From: an uncultured Gammaproteobacteria bacterium
GTDB taxonomy: Bacteria > Pseudomonadota > Gammaproteobacteria > CAVZZX01
NCBI GenBank assembly: GCA_963779865.1
Contig: CAVZZX010000004.1
Span: 42,661 to 106,660 of the forward strand
DNA: 64,000 nt
Direction of reading: 5' to 3'
Of the stretch, positions 8,452-20,786 are shown piece after piece. A program made the translations under genes and the position numbers. The notes beneath the pieces were generated by a model. The model worked only from the letters and a program-made list of their open reading frames with translations, had not been told where the DNA came from and ran no database searches. Every line of letters begins with the position of its first letter. Positions within the stretch are counted from its first letter, which is position 1.

Positions 8452-9960
8452 TCAGGCCGAGTTGTAGAGCTCGATGACCTCGTTGTCGATGTTGCGCGCG
8501 GTCTTCGCGAGGTCGTTGCGGGCGGCCTCCAGGCGGTCCAGATAGCCTGCGCTGATGTCGCCGGTGACATAGTCGCCGTCGAACACCGAGGCGTCGAAGC
8601 GCTCGATGCGCGGATTGCCCTTGCGCGCCGCCTGCTTGAGGTCCTCGAGGTCCTGGTAGACCAGCCAGTCCGCCCCGATGGCCTCGGCGATCTGCTGGTC
8701 GTCGCGGCCGTGGCCGATCAGCTCCTTGGCCGAGGGCATGTCGATGCCGTAGACATTGGGGTAGCGCACCGGCGGCGCGGCGGAGGCGAAATACACCTTG
8801 CGGGCCCCGGCGTCGCGGGCCATCTGGATGATCTGCTTCGAGGTGGTCCCGCGCACGATGGAGTCGTCGATGAGCAGCACGTTCTTGCCCTTGAACTCCA
8901 GGTCGATGGCGTTGAGCTTCTGGCGCACCGACTTCTTGCGCTGTTTCTGCCCCGGCATGATGAAGGTGCGGGCGATATAGCGGTTCTTGATGAAGCCCTC
9001 GCGGTACTTCACGCCGAGTTCGTAGGAGAGCTGCAGGGCGGCGGTGCGACTGGTGTCCGGGATCGGAATGACGACGTCGATGTCGTGCGCGGGGAAGCTC
9101 GCCTTGATGCGCTTGGCGAGCTTCTCGCCCATGCGCAGGCGCGCCTTGTACACCGCGATGCCGTCGATAATGGAGTCGGGCCGCGCCAGGTAGACGTGCT
9201 CGAAGATGCACGGCGCGAGCATCGGGTTCTCGGCGCACTGCCGGGTGAAGATGTTGCCGTCCACGTCGATGTAGACCGCCTCGCCCGGCTCCAGGTCGCG
9301 GATCAGCTCGAAGCCGAGCACGTCGATGGCCACGCTCTCCGAGGCGATCATGTACTCGGTCCCCTCCTCGGTCTCGCGCTTGCCGAACACCACCGGGCGG
9401 ATGCCGTAGGGGTCGCGGAAGCCGACGATGCCGCGGTCGTTGATCAGGGCGACGGCGGCATAGGCGCCGCGGCAGCGGCGATGCACGCCGGCCACGGCCG
9501 CGAAGATGTCGTTCTCATCGATGTTGAGCGTGCCGGCCACCTGCAGCTCATGGGCGAAGACGTTCAGCAGGACTTCGGAGTCGGAGTCGGTATTGATGTG
9601 CCGGCGGTCCTCCACGAACAGCTCGCGCTTGAGCGCCTCGGCATTGGTCAGGTTGCCGTTGTGCGCGAGCGCAATGCCGTAGGGGGAGTTGACATAGAAC
9701 GGCTGGGCCTCGGCCGAAGACTGGCAACCGGCGGTCGGATAGCGCACATGGCCGATGCCCAGATTGCCCGCCAGGCGCAGCATGTGGCGAGGCTGGAAGA
9801 CGTCCCGCACCAGGCCGTTGTCCTTGCGCAGGTACAACCGCCCGTCCTCGCAGGTGACCATCCCCGCGGCGTCCTGGCCGCGGTGCTGGAGCACCGTGAG
9901 CCCGTCATAGAGCGCCTGGTTGACCGGGCCCTTGCCCGCGATTCCGATGATCCCACACAT
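8452..9960 (-). CDS. purF: Amidophosphoribosyltransferase
   Basis: N-terminal [33 protein letters not shown]. Confidence 0.97.
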   Translation of the reverse strand: MCGIIGIAGKGPVNQALYDGLTVLQHRGQDAAGMVTCEDGRLYLRKDNGLVRDVFQPRHMLRLAGNLGIGHVRYPTAGCQSSAEAQPFYVNSPYGIALAHNGNLTNAEALKRELFVEDRRHINTDSDSEVLLNVFAHELQVAGTLNIDENDIFAAVAGVHRRCRGAYAAVALINDRGIVGFRDPYGIRPVVFGKRETEEGTEYMIASESVAIDVLGFELIRDLEPGEAVYIDVDGNIFTRQCAENPMLAPCIFEHVYLARPDSIIDGIAVYKARLRMGEKLAKRIKASFPAHDIDVVIPIPDTSRTAALQLSYELGVKYREGFIKNRYIARTFIMPGQKQRKKSVRQKLNAIDLEFKGKNVLLIDDSIVRGTTSKQIIQMARDAGARKVYFASAAPPVRYPNVYGIDMPSAKELIGHGRDDQQIAEAIGADWLVYQDLEDLKQAARKGNPRIERFDASVFDGDYVTGDISAGYLDRLEAARNDLAKTARNIDNEVIELYNSA

Positions 9961-10017
9961 GGAGCCGATTCCTCCGCGGCGCGCAGCCGCGCCTGACGCG
10001 TGTCCGGACTCAGGACA

Positions 10018-10506
10018 CTAGTATACAAAGTTGGCGGCGATGTCACCGGGGAGAAAGCCCCGCAGCCAGACCGCCATGACCTGGAAATGATGCAGAAAGA
10101 GCGAGTCGCCCCACCAGGGCGACTGCGGGAGGTTGGTGAGCCCCGCCAGCAGCACCACCACCGCCACCAGCAGGATGCCACGCAACACGCCGAAGACCAT
10201 GCCGACCATGCGATCGGTGCCCGTCAGGCCGGTGCGCTGCACCAGCTGGGCCGCAAAAAAGTTGATGATGCCGGTGACCACGAGGGTGGCAATGAACAGC
10301 CCCAGGAAGGCCGCGGCGAGACGCAGGGTCGGATCGCCGATGGTGTCGCCGATGACGCCGGCGAGCTTGGGGGCGAAGCGCAGCGCCAGCCAGAAGGCGA
10401 GGACCCACCCCGCCAGCGACAGTGCCTCACGCACGAAGCCGCGGATCAGGCTGACAAAGGCCGACAGCAGAACGACGGCGAGGATAGCGTAATCGACCCA
10501 GATCAT
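10018..10506 (-). CDS. cvpA: CvpA membrane protein
   Basis: MIWVDYAIL..RGFVREALSL, DRMVGMVFGVLRG; upstream of purF. Confidence 0.93.
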   Translation of the reverse strand: MIWVDYAILAVVLLSAFVSLIRGFVREALSLAGWVLAFWLALRFAPKLAGVIGDTIGDPTLRLAAAFLGLFIATLVVTGIINFFAAQLVQRTGLTGTDRMVGMVFGVLRGILLVAVVVLLAGLTNLPQSPWWGDSLFLHHFQVMAVWLRGFLPGDIAANFVY

Positions 10507-10551
10507 GCCTCAGAACGAGCGACTCGGGATGGTCCGCAGTGCGGCGGCGGC

Positions 10552-10579
10552 ATTGTAACAGAGCCGGGGCGGCGCACAA
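10552..10579 (-). promoter_or_regulatory. Putative sigma70 promoter of cvpA-purF
   Basis: TTGTGC-16 nt-TACAAT with an extended -10 (TGT-TACAAT). Confidence 0.55.
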
Positions 10580-10592
10580 GCACGGCGCACGC

Positions 10593-11201
10593 TCACGGGT
10601 GGGACACCACCAGCCCCTTGAGGCGGGTTTCGCGCTGGAGCGCGTCGCGCAGCCGCTCCGCGGCCTCGCGGCGGACCTCGGGGCCCACACGCACGCGGTA
10701 GATCGTCCCGCTGGAGGTCTGCACGGGTTCGACGAAGGCATGGTGATGCTTGGCGAGCAGCCGGTCGCGGAGCGCCCGGGCGTTGGCCTCGCGCTCGAAG
10801 CTGGCGAGCTGCACCACCCACGCCTTGGGAGGCGTGTCCGGCCCGGCCGGCGTCTTGTCCGGCGCGGGCATGGCGGCGGCCTGGCCCGCGACCGGCGAAC
10901 TCGCGGGCCGGCCTGCAGGGGACGCGGCCGGGGGCGGCGCCGGCGGCTTCTCGAGGGCGGCGGGTTCCACGGCGAGCGGCACCGCGCGCGGCGGCATCGG
11001 CGCGGGCCCCTCGGGCAGCTGCGCCAGCCCCATCGAAGCGTCCTGCGGTATGCCAACCGTGTCGGGCGGAATGTTGGTGCGCAGCATGGTCAGGCCGCTC
11101 TGCCCGCCCCCGCCCAGGAACATGGGAATGAAAATCACCGCCAGCGCGACCAGCACAATGGCGCCGACCAGACGCTGCTTCAGACCATTTTCTTCCACCA
11201 A
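10593..11201 (-). CDS. dedD: SPOR-domain cell division protein DedD
   Basis: KQRLVGAIVLVALAVIFIP transmembrane segment, Pro/Ala linker, WVVQLASF...RVRVGP SPOR domain. Confidence 0.9.
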   Translation of the reverse strand: MVEENGLKQRLVGAIVLVALAVIFIPMFLGGGGQSGLTMLRTNIPPDTVGIPQDASMGLAQLPEGPAPMPPRAVPLAVEPAALEKPPAPPPAASPAGRPASSPVAGQAAAMPAPDKTPAGPDTPPKAWVVQLASFEREANARALRDRLLAKHHHAFVEPVQTSSGTIYRVRVGPEVRREAAERLRDALQRETRLKGLVVSHP

Positions 11202-11225
11202 CTACCTCACGATCGGCACGGTCGG

Positions 11226-12497
11226 TCAGGCAAGGAGCGGCAGGATCGCCCCGACCGTGTAAAAGGACCCGAAGACCACGATGCGGTCACCGGGCTGTGC
11301 ATCGGCCCGCGCCGCGCGGAAGGCCTGGGCGATCCCGGCGCAGGCGTGCAGCGGCGTACCCGTGCCCGCCACGGCGGCATGCACCCGCTGCGGCGGCGCG
11401 GCACGCGCCGCCTGAAGAATCCCGGTGTACCATACATCGATGCTGCCGTGCAGCCTGCCGAGACTCGTCTCGACGTCCTTGTCGTCAAGCATCGCCACCA
11501 CGCCGAGGGTGCGCCCGCTGCACGGCTGGCTGCGCAGCCCCTCGGCAAGGCGCGCTACCCCGTCGGGGTTGTGGGCCACGTCGAGCACCACCGTCACCTC
11601 GCCGGGGATCACCTGAAAGCGCCCGGGCAGGGCCACCTGCAGCAGGCCGGTGCGCACCGCCGCTTGGCTGATCGGTAGCCGCGCGCGCAGGGCATCGAGC
11701 GCCATCAGCACCCCCGCCGCATTGTCGAGTTGATGGCGCCCGCGCAGCGCCGGGATCGGCAGCGCCGTTCGCCGGCGGCCCTGCGCTCCTTCCCAGTGCC
11801 AACCCTCGCCAGCCATGCGCACGTGGATATCGCGGCCGAGCACGTAGAGGGGGGCCTGCAGCGCCCCGGCGCGCGCGAGCAAGGCCGCGGGCGGGTCGGC
11901 ATCGGCGCAGACGGCCGGCCGTCCCGGGCGCAGGATGCCGGCCTTCTCGGCGGCGATGCTCTCCCGGTCGGTGCCCAGCCAGCCGACGTGGTCGATTGCG
12001 ATGCGGGTGATCAGGGCGACATCGGCGTCGATCAGGTTCACGGCGTCGAGCCGCCCGCCCATGCCCACTTCGAGCAGCGCCACCTCCGGCCGTTCGCGAT
12101 AGAACAGATCGAGCGCCGCCAGGGTGCCGAATTCGAAATAGGTGAGCGAGGTACCGCGGCGGGCCCGCTCCACCCGCTCGAAGGCCGCGCACAAGGGGGC
12201 GTCGGCGATCTCCGCCCCGTCGATGCGGATGCGCTCGTTGTAGCGCAGCAGATGCGGCGAGGTGTAGGTGCCGACCCGATAGCCGTCGGCGCGCAGGATG
12301 GACTCGAGCATTGCCACGCTGGAGCCCTTCCCGTTGGTGCCCGCAACGGTGATGACCACGAACGGCGGCGGCTCGGGGTGCAGCTGCTCGAAGACGCAGC
12401 GGACGCGCTCGAGCCCGAGATCGATCTCGGTGGCATGCAGCGCCTCTTGCCACGCCAGCCACTCGGACAGGGTCTTCGGTCGGGGGGCGCCGCTCAT
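11226..12497 (-). CDS. folC: Folylpolyglutamate/dihydrofolate synthase
   Basis: VAGTNGKGS, YTSPHL, LEVGMGGRLDA, LDVAHN, FGSFYTV. Confidence 0.96.
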   Translation of the reverse strand: MSGAPRPKTLSEWLAWQEALHATEIDLGLERVRCVFEQLHPEPPPFVVITVAGTNGKGSSVAMLESILRADGYRVGTYTSPHLLRYNERIRIDGAEIADAPLCAAFERVERARRGTSLTYFEFGTLAALDLFYRERPEVALLEVGMGGRLDAVNLIDADVALITRIAIDHVGWLGTDRESIAAEKAGILRPGRPAVCADADPPAALLARAGALQAPLYVLGRDIHVRMAGEGWHWEGAQGRRRTALPIPALRGRHQLDNAAGVLMALDALRARLPISQAAVRTGLLQVALPGRFQVIPGEVTVVLDVAHNPDGVARLAEGLRSQPCSGRTLGVVAMLDDKDVETSLGRLHGSIDVWYTGILQAARAAPPQRVHAAVAGTGTPLHACAGIAQAFRAARADAQPGDRIVVFGSFYTVGAILPLLA

Positions 12498-12537
12498 CGC
12501 ATCCGGGTTCGGGACAGGGTCCGCTGGCGGGCCCCGC

Positions 12538-13398
<861 letters not shown>

Positions 13399-13443
13399 GA
13401 GACAACTACTCCGACCGTCCGGCCTCGGGGAGGCGGGAGGGTC

Positions 13444-14252
13444 TCAGGCGGCGCCGCGGTCCATGGCCGTGCGCATTTCTTCTACAAGTCCGGCGACGGC
13501 GGCAATCGCCTGCTCGGCTTCCGCGGCGTGGGTTTCGAGCAGGCGCACTAAGGCGCTGCCCACCACCACGGCGTCGGCAACCTGCGCCACCTGTCCGGCC
13601 GTTTCCGCATCCCGGATGCCGAAGCCCACGCCCACCGGCAGCGGGGTGGCGGCGCGGATGCCCTGCACCCGTCGCCCCACCTCGGCCAGGTCCAGATTGG
13701 CCGCCCCCGTGACGCCTTTGAGCGACACATAATAAACGAAGCCGCTGGCCGCGGCCGTGATTGCCTGCACCCTCTGCGCGCTGGTGTTCGGCGCCAGCAG
13801 GAAGATGGGATCGAGCTGTGCGGCGCGACAGGCCGCCAGCAGCGTCTCGCCCTCCTCGGGCGGCAGGTCCACGGTCAGCACCCCGTCCACGCCCGCCTTG
13901 GCCGCCGCGGCGGCGAAGGCCTCGTAGCCGCACGCCTCGATGGGGTTGAGGTAGCCCATGAGCACGACCGGGGTGTGGGCATCCTCGCTGCGGAAGCGGC
14001 GCACCATAGCGAGCACGTCGGCCAGGCGCACATGATGCAGCAGGGCGCGTTCGGTGGCGCGCTGGATCACCGGGCCGTCGGCCATCGGGTCGGAGAAGGG
14101 CACGCCAAGCTCAATGAGATCGGCGCCGGCCTTCACCATGGCGTGCATCAACGGCACGGTGATCTCCGGCGTCGGATCACCGGCGGTGACGTAGGGCACC
14201 AGGGCCGTGCGCCCCTGCCTGCGCAGCGCATCGAACCGACGGGCGATGCGGC

Positions 14253-14256
<4 letters not shown>
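13444..14256 (-). CDS. trpA: Tryptophan synthase alpha
   Basis: [39 protein letters not shown]. Confidence 0.97.
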
Positions 14257-15471
<1,215 letters not shown>

Positions 15472-15482
<11 letters not shown>

Positions 15483-16107
15483 GCTTGTCTTCGACACGGT
15501 TCACCTCTCTGATAAACGCGGCCATCTTGTCCGCGTCCTTGATGCCCTTGTCCGCCTCGATGCCACCGCTGACGTCTACGGCGTACGGCCGCACCCGTTG
15601 CACGGCGGCGGCGACGTTGTCTGGCCGCAGCCCGCCCGCCAGGATCACGGGAACGCTCAGGTTCGCCGGGATCAGCGACCAATCGAAGCTCACCCCGGTG
15701 CCGCCCGGCGCCTGCGCCTGCCAGGTGTCCAGCAGCAGTGCGGCCGCATCCGGATAGCTGCGCGCACAGGCGGCGACATCGGTGCCCGGGTGCACGCGCA
15801 GGGCCTTGATATAGGGCCGGCCGAAACCGCCGCAGTCGGCCGGGCATTCGTCGCCGTGAAACTGCAGGAGGTCGACCGGCAGCGCCTCGAGTACCGCGCG
15901 GATCCGCTCGGGCGGCGCGTCCACGAACAGGGCCACCACGCTCACGAAGGGCGGCAGCCCGGCGACCACCCGCTGCGCCTGCTCGATGTCCACTGCGCGC
16001 GGACTGCGCGGATAGAAGACCAGCCCGATGGCATCGGCCCCCAGGCGCGCGGCGGCCAGGGCGTCTTCCCGGCGGGTCATCCCGCAGAACTTCACGCGCG
16101 TGCGCAT
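15472..16107 (-). CDS. trpF: Phosphoribosylanthranilate isomerase
   Basis: RVKFCG, QFHGDE, GGTG..FDW, LAGGL, DVSGGIE. Confidence 0.96.
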
Positions 16108-16137
16108 GGCGACGGTCTCGGCTGTCGGCGCGACAGG

Positions 16138-16917
16138 TTACCAGACGGGCGGGGCGGGCGGAAGTTGGGGGATTTCAAACGCCTCCGGATAGCTCACCGC
16201 CATGAAATACAGCCCGAAGGGCGGCGCGGTCACCCCGCCCAGGGCGCGCTCGCGGGTCTTCAGCACCTCGTGCGCCCAGTCCGGCGCGCGCTCGCCGGCG
16301 CCGATGGCCATCAACACCCCGGCGATGTTGCGGACCATGTGGTGCAGAAAGGCGTTCGCCTCCAGGTCCAGGAACACAAACGGCCCCTGGCGCGCGACGT
16401 CCAGCCGATGGAGGGTACGGATCGGGCTCTTGGCCTGGCATCCCAAGGCCCGGTAGGCGGAGAAGTCGTGCTCCCCGATCAGGTGTGCGGCCGCCGCGCG
16501 CATCCGGCCCACCTCGAGCGGCCGATACGCCCAGCTCACCCGATGCTGCAGGTAGGTCGGGCGCACCGGGCGCGTGAAGATGACATAGCGATAGCGGCGC
16601 CGCAGCGCCGAGAAGCGCGCGTGGAAGTCCGCCGCGACCGGGCGCGCCCAGAGCACGCTCACGTCCTTGGGCAGATTGGCGTTGGCCCCGAACACCCAGG
16701 CGCGCTCGCTGCGCTCGGCGGTGGTGTCGAAGTGCACCACCTGGCCGGCCGCGTGCACGCCGGTGTCCGTGCGCCCGGCGCAGATGACCCGCACCGGCCG
16801 GTCCGCGACGCGGGAGAGCGCCGCCTCGAGGCGCCCCTGCACGGTGTCGACGCCGTCCTGCAATTGCCAGCCGTGATAGGCGCGGCCGTCGTATTCGATG
16901 CCCAGCGCCACCCTCAT
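16138..16917 (-). CDS. truA: tRNA pseudouridine(38-40) synthase
   Basis: Start MRVALGIEYDG at 16917; CAGRTDTGVHA, FHARFSA, AFLHHMVRNI. Confidence 0.96.
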   Translation of the reverse strand: MRVALGIEYDGRAYHGWQLQDGVDTVQGRLEAALSRVADRPVRVICAGRTDTGVHAAGQVVHFDTTAERSERAWVFGANANLPKDVSVLWARPVAADFHARFSALRRRYRYVIFTRPVRPTYLQHRVSWAYRPLEVGRMRAAAAHLIGEHDFSAYRALGCQAKSPIRTLHRLDVARQGPFVFLDLEANAFLHHMVRNIAGVLMAIGAGERAPDWAHEVLKTRERALGGVTAPPFGLYFMAVSYPEAFEIPQLPPAPPVW

Positions 16918-16975
16918 GGGGCGATCCTCATCGGCCGCCCTCCCCCCGCGGGCCCCACGCGCGTGCAGCGCGCGC

Positions 16976-17656
16976 TCAGAGCAGTTCCAGCCCGGCGAAC
17001 AGCGCGGCCAGCGCCAGGGGCAGCAGCCACTCGAGCGCCCGCGGGGGCGGCGGCACGTGCAGGCTGCGCGCCACGCAGGGGGCTGTTTCGGCGCGCTGCA
17101 CCGCAGTGGTAAAGGCGGCCGCGGCGGTCTCCGCGGCCGCCCGCAGCCGCGAGCGCCCGAGGCGTTGCGCCCGGTAGGCGTCGGGCAGCGCGACCTGCAG
17201 GGCCTGCACCGCCTCGAGTGTGAGCGCCAGACGCAGCACCAGGCGCTCGGGCGAAAAGCCCACCCTGCGTAGCGGCCGGGCCAGCCAGTACAGGGCGCCC
17301 AGCAGGTCCGACCGTGGGGTGCTCGCCACCAGCAGGCTGGCGGCGGACACCACCAGCACCAGGGTGCCGGTGCGCACGGCGGCCAGCCACAGCCCCTGCT
17401 GCGAGGGCATCCACGATGCGCTCCATTCGGGCCACAGCGGTTCTCCGGGGGTAAACCACAGGTACAGCACAAGGATCGAGAGCAGCAGCCACTTCAGCCG
17501 ACGCAGCATGCGCCCGGCCGCACGCAGGCCGGCGCCGCGGCCTGGCAGCAGCACCGCCCCCAAAACGAGGAAGCCCAGCAGCAGCTGGGCTCCCCGTCCG
17601 AACGAAAGGGCGGCGGTGAAGACCAGAAAGGCAGCGATCCGGACGGCCGGATGCAT
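16976..17656 (-). CDS. EcfT/CbiQ-like membrane protein (orphan ECF T component)
   Basis: Start MHPAVRI at 17656; several transmembrane helices, RRLKWLLLSIL..FTPG, ERLVLRLALTL pattern typical of the T-component family. Confidence 0.65.
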   Translation of the reverse strand: MHPAVRIAAFLVFTAALSFGRGAQLLLGFLVLGAVLLPGRGAGLRAAGRMLRRLKWLLLSILVLYLWFTPGEPLWPEWSASWMPSQQGLWLAAVRTGTLVLVVSAASLLVASTPRSDLLGALYWLARPLRRVGFSPERLVLRLALTLEAVQALQVALPDAYRAQRLGRSRLRAAAETAAAAFTTAVQRAETAPCVARSLHVPPPPRALEWLLPLALAALFAGLELL

Positions 17657-17663
17657 TCGCCCC

Positions 17664-20600
17664 TCAGGCGATCTGCTTGAGCAGGCTCTGGGCCTCCTGC
17701 TGCTGGGTACCGTCGCCCTCTTCCAGGACCTCATCGAGGATGCTGCGGGCGCCGTCGGCATCGCCCATATCGATGTAGGCGCGGGCCAGATCGAGCTTGG
17801 TGCCGACCTCGTCCAGGTCGGAGATCAAGCCCGCTTCGCCACCCATGTCGGAGGTGTCCGCGTCACTGGCGACGGCGGCCTCATCGAAGGCCGACGCGTT
17901 CTCATGCGAGGAATCCAGACCCGCGAAATCCAGATCGCCGAGATCGAAATCCAGCCCGTCGCCCTGGTCCGCGGACTCGCCGGCGGTCCCGGCCGCATCG
18001 GCGGTTGCCGTGTCGCCGCTCTCGGGAAGGGCGAAATCGACATCGAAATCGAGCGCCCCGTCGCCGGCGGCAGCCTCGGGCGCCGCCTCGCTTGCCGCGC
18101 CGAGGTCGAGATCGAAGTCGAGGCCGGCGTCGTTCTCGCCGGCAGCGCCAGACGCGCCAGTGAGAGAGGCGCTGGCGACCGCGTCGTCGCCCACGGCCAG
18201 GTCGAAATCGAGCGCCTCTTCCCCGGCCTGCGGCTCGGTTCCGCTCGCCTCGTCCTCCGGGAACATGGAACCCAAATCGAAGTCGTCCGCCGGCGCCGCC
18301 TCGGCGCTCGCCGTCTCGGCCGGGGCCTGGGGCTGCAAGTCATCGACCTGGAAGATCCCGGTGTCCAGACCGATGTCCATGACCTCGTCATCGCTCACCG
18401 TGGCTGCGCTGGAGGGGGCGGCCGCATCGGCGGCATCCGCGAACAGCGGGTTGGCGGGGGCCAGTTCGCGCCCCATGCCCAGCACCTTCTTCCAGGCCGG
18501 GGCCTGCGCGTCGTCGGTCTTGGCGTAGAGCTCCTCGGCCAGGGACTCGAAGGCGCCCTTGTTCTTCATGGCATGGTAGAGCTCGGCCAGTTTGAACTGC
18601 AGCTCGGTGCGACCAGGCTCGTTGTCGATGGCCTGCTTGAGCAGCTCTTCGGCCTGCTGATAGCGTCCGTAGGCCATGTACACGTCCGCTTCCGTAAGCG
18701 GATCGACCTCGTTGTCCTCGGCGTCCAGGTCGCCCATGCCGCTGACCGCAAAGTCGCTCAGGAACGAGGACTCCTCCGAGGCGGGCTCGTCGGCGCCGGC
18801 GGTACCCGCCGCCCCCGCCGCGGCCGGCGCGCCCCCGCGCAGGATGCTCTCCTGGAACTTGCTGTCCGCCTTGCGGCGGCGACGCGCCACCACCAGCAGG
18901 AGCAGAAGCAAGACCAGCACCAGTGCCGCACCGGCAATCAGCAGTGAGGGGCTGGCCATCACGGCGGCGAACACGCCGCTCGCGGCAACCAGGGCGGTCT
19001 GCCACCAGGCCTGACGCGGCGGAGGCAGGTCCTCCACGGCGGGCGCGGCCGCGCTCGCCTGTGCCGGGGCGGGTTGCGGCTCGGTTTTCGCCTCCACGGG
19101 CGCCGCCGCACTCGGGGCGGTCGCCGGCGCGGGGGCGGTCGGCTCAGCGGCGGCGGCCGGCTGCGCCTGCTCGACCGACTGGGGCTCGACCGACTGGGGC
19201 TCGACCGACTGGGGCTCGACCGCCTGGGCCTCGACCGACTGGGGCTCGACCGACTGGGGCTCGACCGCCTGGGCCTCGACCGACTGGGGCTCGACCGCCT
19301 GGGCCTCGACCGACTGGGCTTCGGCGGACGCCTCGGCAGAGGCATCCTCGGCTGGCGCCGCACCGGCCTGCGCCTGCAAAGCGGCGAGTTGATCGTCCTT
19401 CAGCGACAACAGCCGCTGCATGGAGTCGAGCCGCGACTGCAGGGCCTTCAATCGATCGGCCAGTTCCGCATTGCGCTGGTGTTCGGCCTCGGCCGCCTCG
19501 CGGGCTGCGGTGAGCCGCTCGCGCAGCGGCGCGGCGTCCCCGCCCCCCTTTGCCGTCGCGTCGGGGCGGGCGTCGGAGCCGCTGCCTACCCCTTCGGTGC
19601 TGACCAACTTGAGCTCGGCGGGCTTCGCCACGTGCGCGGACGCGTCCTGCGCCGCCATGCGGTCACTGGCGATCAGCGTCTGCTTGGCGGGTGCGGCCGC
19701 CAGCCGCGCCTTGAGCGCGTCCCAGGCCGCGTTCTGCTCGGCCACTGCATGCACCGCCTGCTCCTGGCTCATCGCCGTGAGCAGCGAGGGATCGTCGATG
19801 CGCAGCACGTAGCCGGCCTTGAGCCGGTTCACGTTGCCGCCCTCGAAGGCGTCCGGGTTGCTCTTGAGCAGCGCCATCAGCACCTGCTGCACGCTGACCG
19901 ACTCATCCGGCCGCAGCTTGCGGGCCACCGACCAGGCGGTGTCCTGCGCACTGCTGATGCCGTAGTCCAGGGCGCCGGCGGCGCTCGCCGCGCCGCCGAT
20001 GGGCTTGCGCGGAAACAGCTCGGTGTCCTCGTCCGCGACGACGCCGACCGGGGCCGCGTCCATACCGGGCGCGGTCACCGGGGCGGGGGCTGCCTCCTGA
20101 GCGGGCGCCGTGGCCGTCGCGGGAGCGGGGACCGCGGCCGGCGCCGCATGCGGCGCCTGGGGCATCGCGGGCGTGGGAACCACCGACGCGGGCGCGGCCT
20201 CGGCGGCCACCGGCGCGGGGGTGGGGACGGTGACCGCCGCAGTCTGCGGCGCCTGCACGGCGGCGCCCTTGCCGGCCAGGAACTTGGGCGGGTCGAGCAG
20301 GACCGTGTACTCGCGCAGCATGCGCCCGTCCTGCCACTCGGTGTCGAGCAGGAAATCCAGGAACGGCTCGCGCACCGGCTGGCGTGAGGTGACCTTCACC
20401 ACGTACTTGCCGCCGCCCTTGGGCTCGACCTTGAAGTCGAGCATCATCAGACTGGCAGGGCGCTCGATACCGGCTCGCGCAAAGGCGTCGTAGCTGGCAA
20501 GCCGGACGCTGAGATTCTTCACGTCGGCCGGGCTGGCCGAGAGCAGCTCGATTTCCGCTTTCAGCGGCTCGTTCAGCGCGGAGTGAATCTTGATACTACC

Positions 20601-20669
20601 CAGCCCCAGGGCGCTGGCGGCCAGCGGTACGAGGGCCAGCGAGCCCAGCATCAGTTGCAGCTTGCGCAC
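17664..20669 (-). CDS. fimV: FimV/HubP polar landmark protein
   Basis: ALGLGSIKIHSALNEPLKAEIEL, LysM-like region, coiled coil, transmembrane segment, acidic tail, C-terminal TKLDLARAYIDMGD. GTG start at 20669 is assumed. Confidence 0.95.
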   Translation of the reverse strand: MRKLQLMLGSLALVPLAASALGLGSIKIHSALNEPLKAEIELLSASPADVKNLSVRLASYDAFARAGIERPASLMMLDFKVEPKGGGKYVVKVTSRQPVREPFLDFLLDTEWQDGRMLREYTVLLDPPKFLAGKGAAVQAPQTAAVTVPTPAPVAAEAAPASVVPTPAMPQAPHAAPAAVPAPATATAPAQEAAPAPVTAPGMDAAPVGVVADEDTELFPRKPIGGAASAAGALDYGISSAQDTAWSVARKLRPDESVSVQQVLMALLKSNPDAFEGGNVNRLKAGYVLRIDDPSLLTAMSQEQAVHAVAEQNAAWDALKARLAAAPAKQTLIASDRMAAQDASAHVAKPAELKLVSTEGVGSGSDARPDATAKGGGDAAPLRERLTAAREAAEAEHQRNAELADRLKALQSRLDSMQRLLSLKDDQLAALQAQAGAAPAEDASAEASAEAQSVEAQAVEPQSVEAQAVEPQSVEPQSVEAQAVEPQSVEPQSVEPQSVEQAQPAAAAEPTAPAPATAPSAAAPVEAKTEPQPAPAQASAAAPAVEDLPPPRQAWWQTALVAASGVFAAVMASPSLLIAGAALVLVLLLLLLVVARRRRKADSKFQESILRGGAPAAAGAAGTAGADEPASEESSFLSDFAVSGMGDLDAEDNEVDPLTEADVYMAYGRYQQAEELLKQAIDNEPGRTELQFKLAELYHAMKNKGAFESLAEELYAKTDDAQAPAWKKVLGMGRELAPANPLFADAADAAAPSSAATVSDDEVMDIGLDTGIFQVDDLQPQAPAETASAEAAPADDFDLGSMFPEDEASGTEPQAGEEALDFDLAVGDDAVASASLTGASGAAGENDAGLDFDLDLGAASEAAPEAAAGDGALDFDVDFALPESGDTATADAAGTAGESADQGDGLDFDLGDLDFAGLDSSHENASAFDEAAVASDADTSDMGGEAGLISDLDEVGTKLDLARAYIDMGDADGARSILDEVLEEGDGTQQQEAQSLLKQIA
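19171..19320. repeat. Intragenic 15-bp tandem repeat x10 in fimV (PQSVE/AQAVE pentapeptides)
   Basis: Units TCGACCGACTGGGGC and TCGACCGCCTGGGCC repeated ten times, 150 bp in total. Confidence 0.95.
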
Positions 20670-20786
20670 GTCACTCACTCCCAAGGCGATGGCGACGGTT
20701 AGGTCGCGTCGGGATTAATGCTTTATTATCCATATACTTACCAGCGATACATGACAATCGCCTTTATAATTTCCTACTAACTATAC

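Noticed and set aside
19171-19320. Tandem repeat considered as a CRISPR array
   Set aside because: It has no spacers, a unit of 15 bp, lies in frame inside fimV, and has no cas genes nearby.
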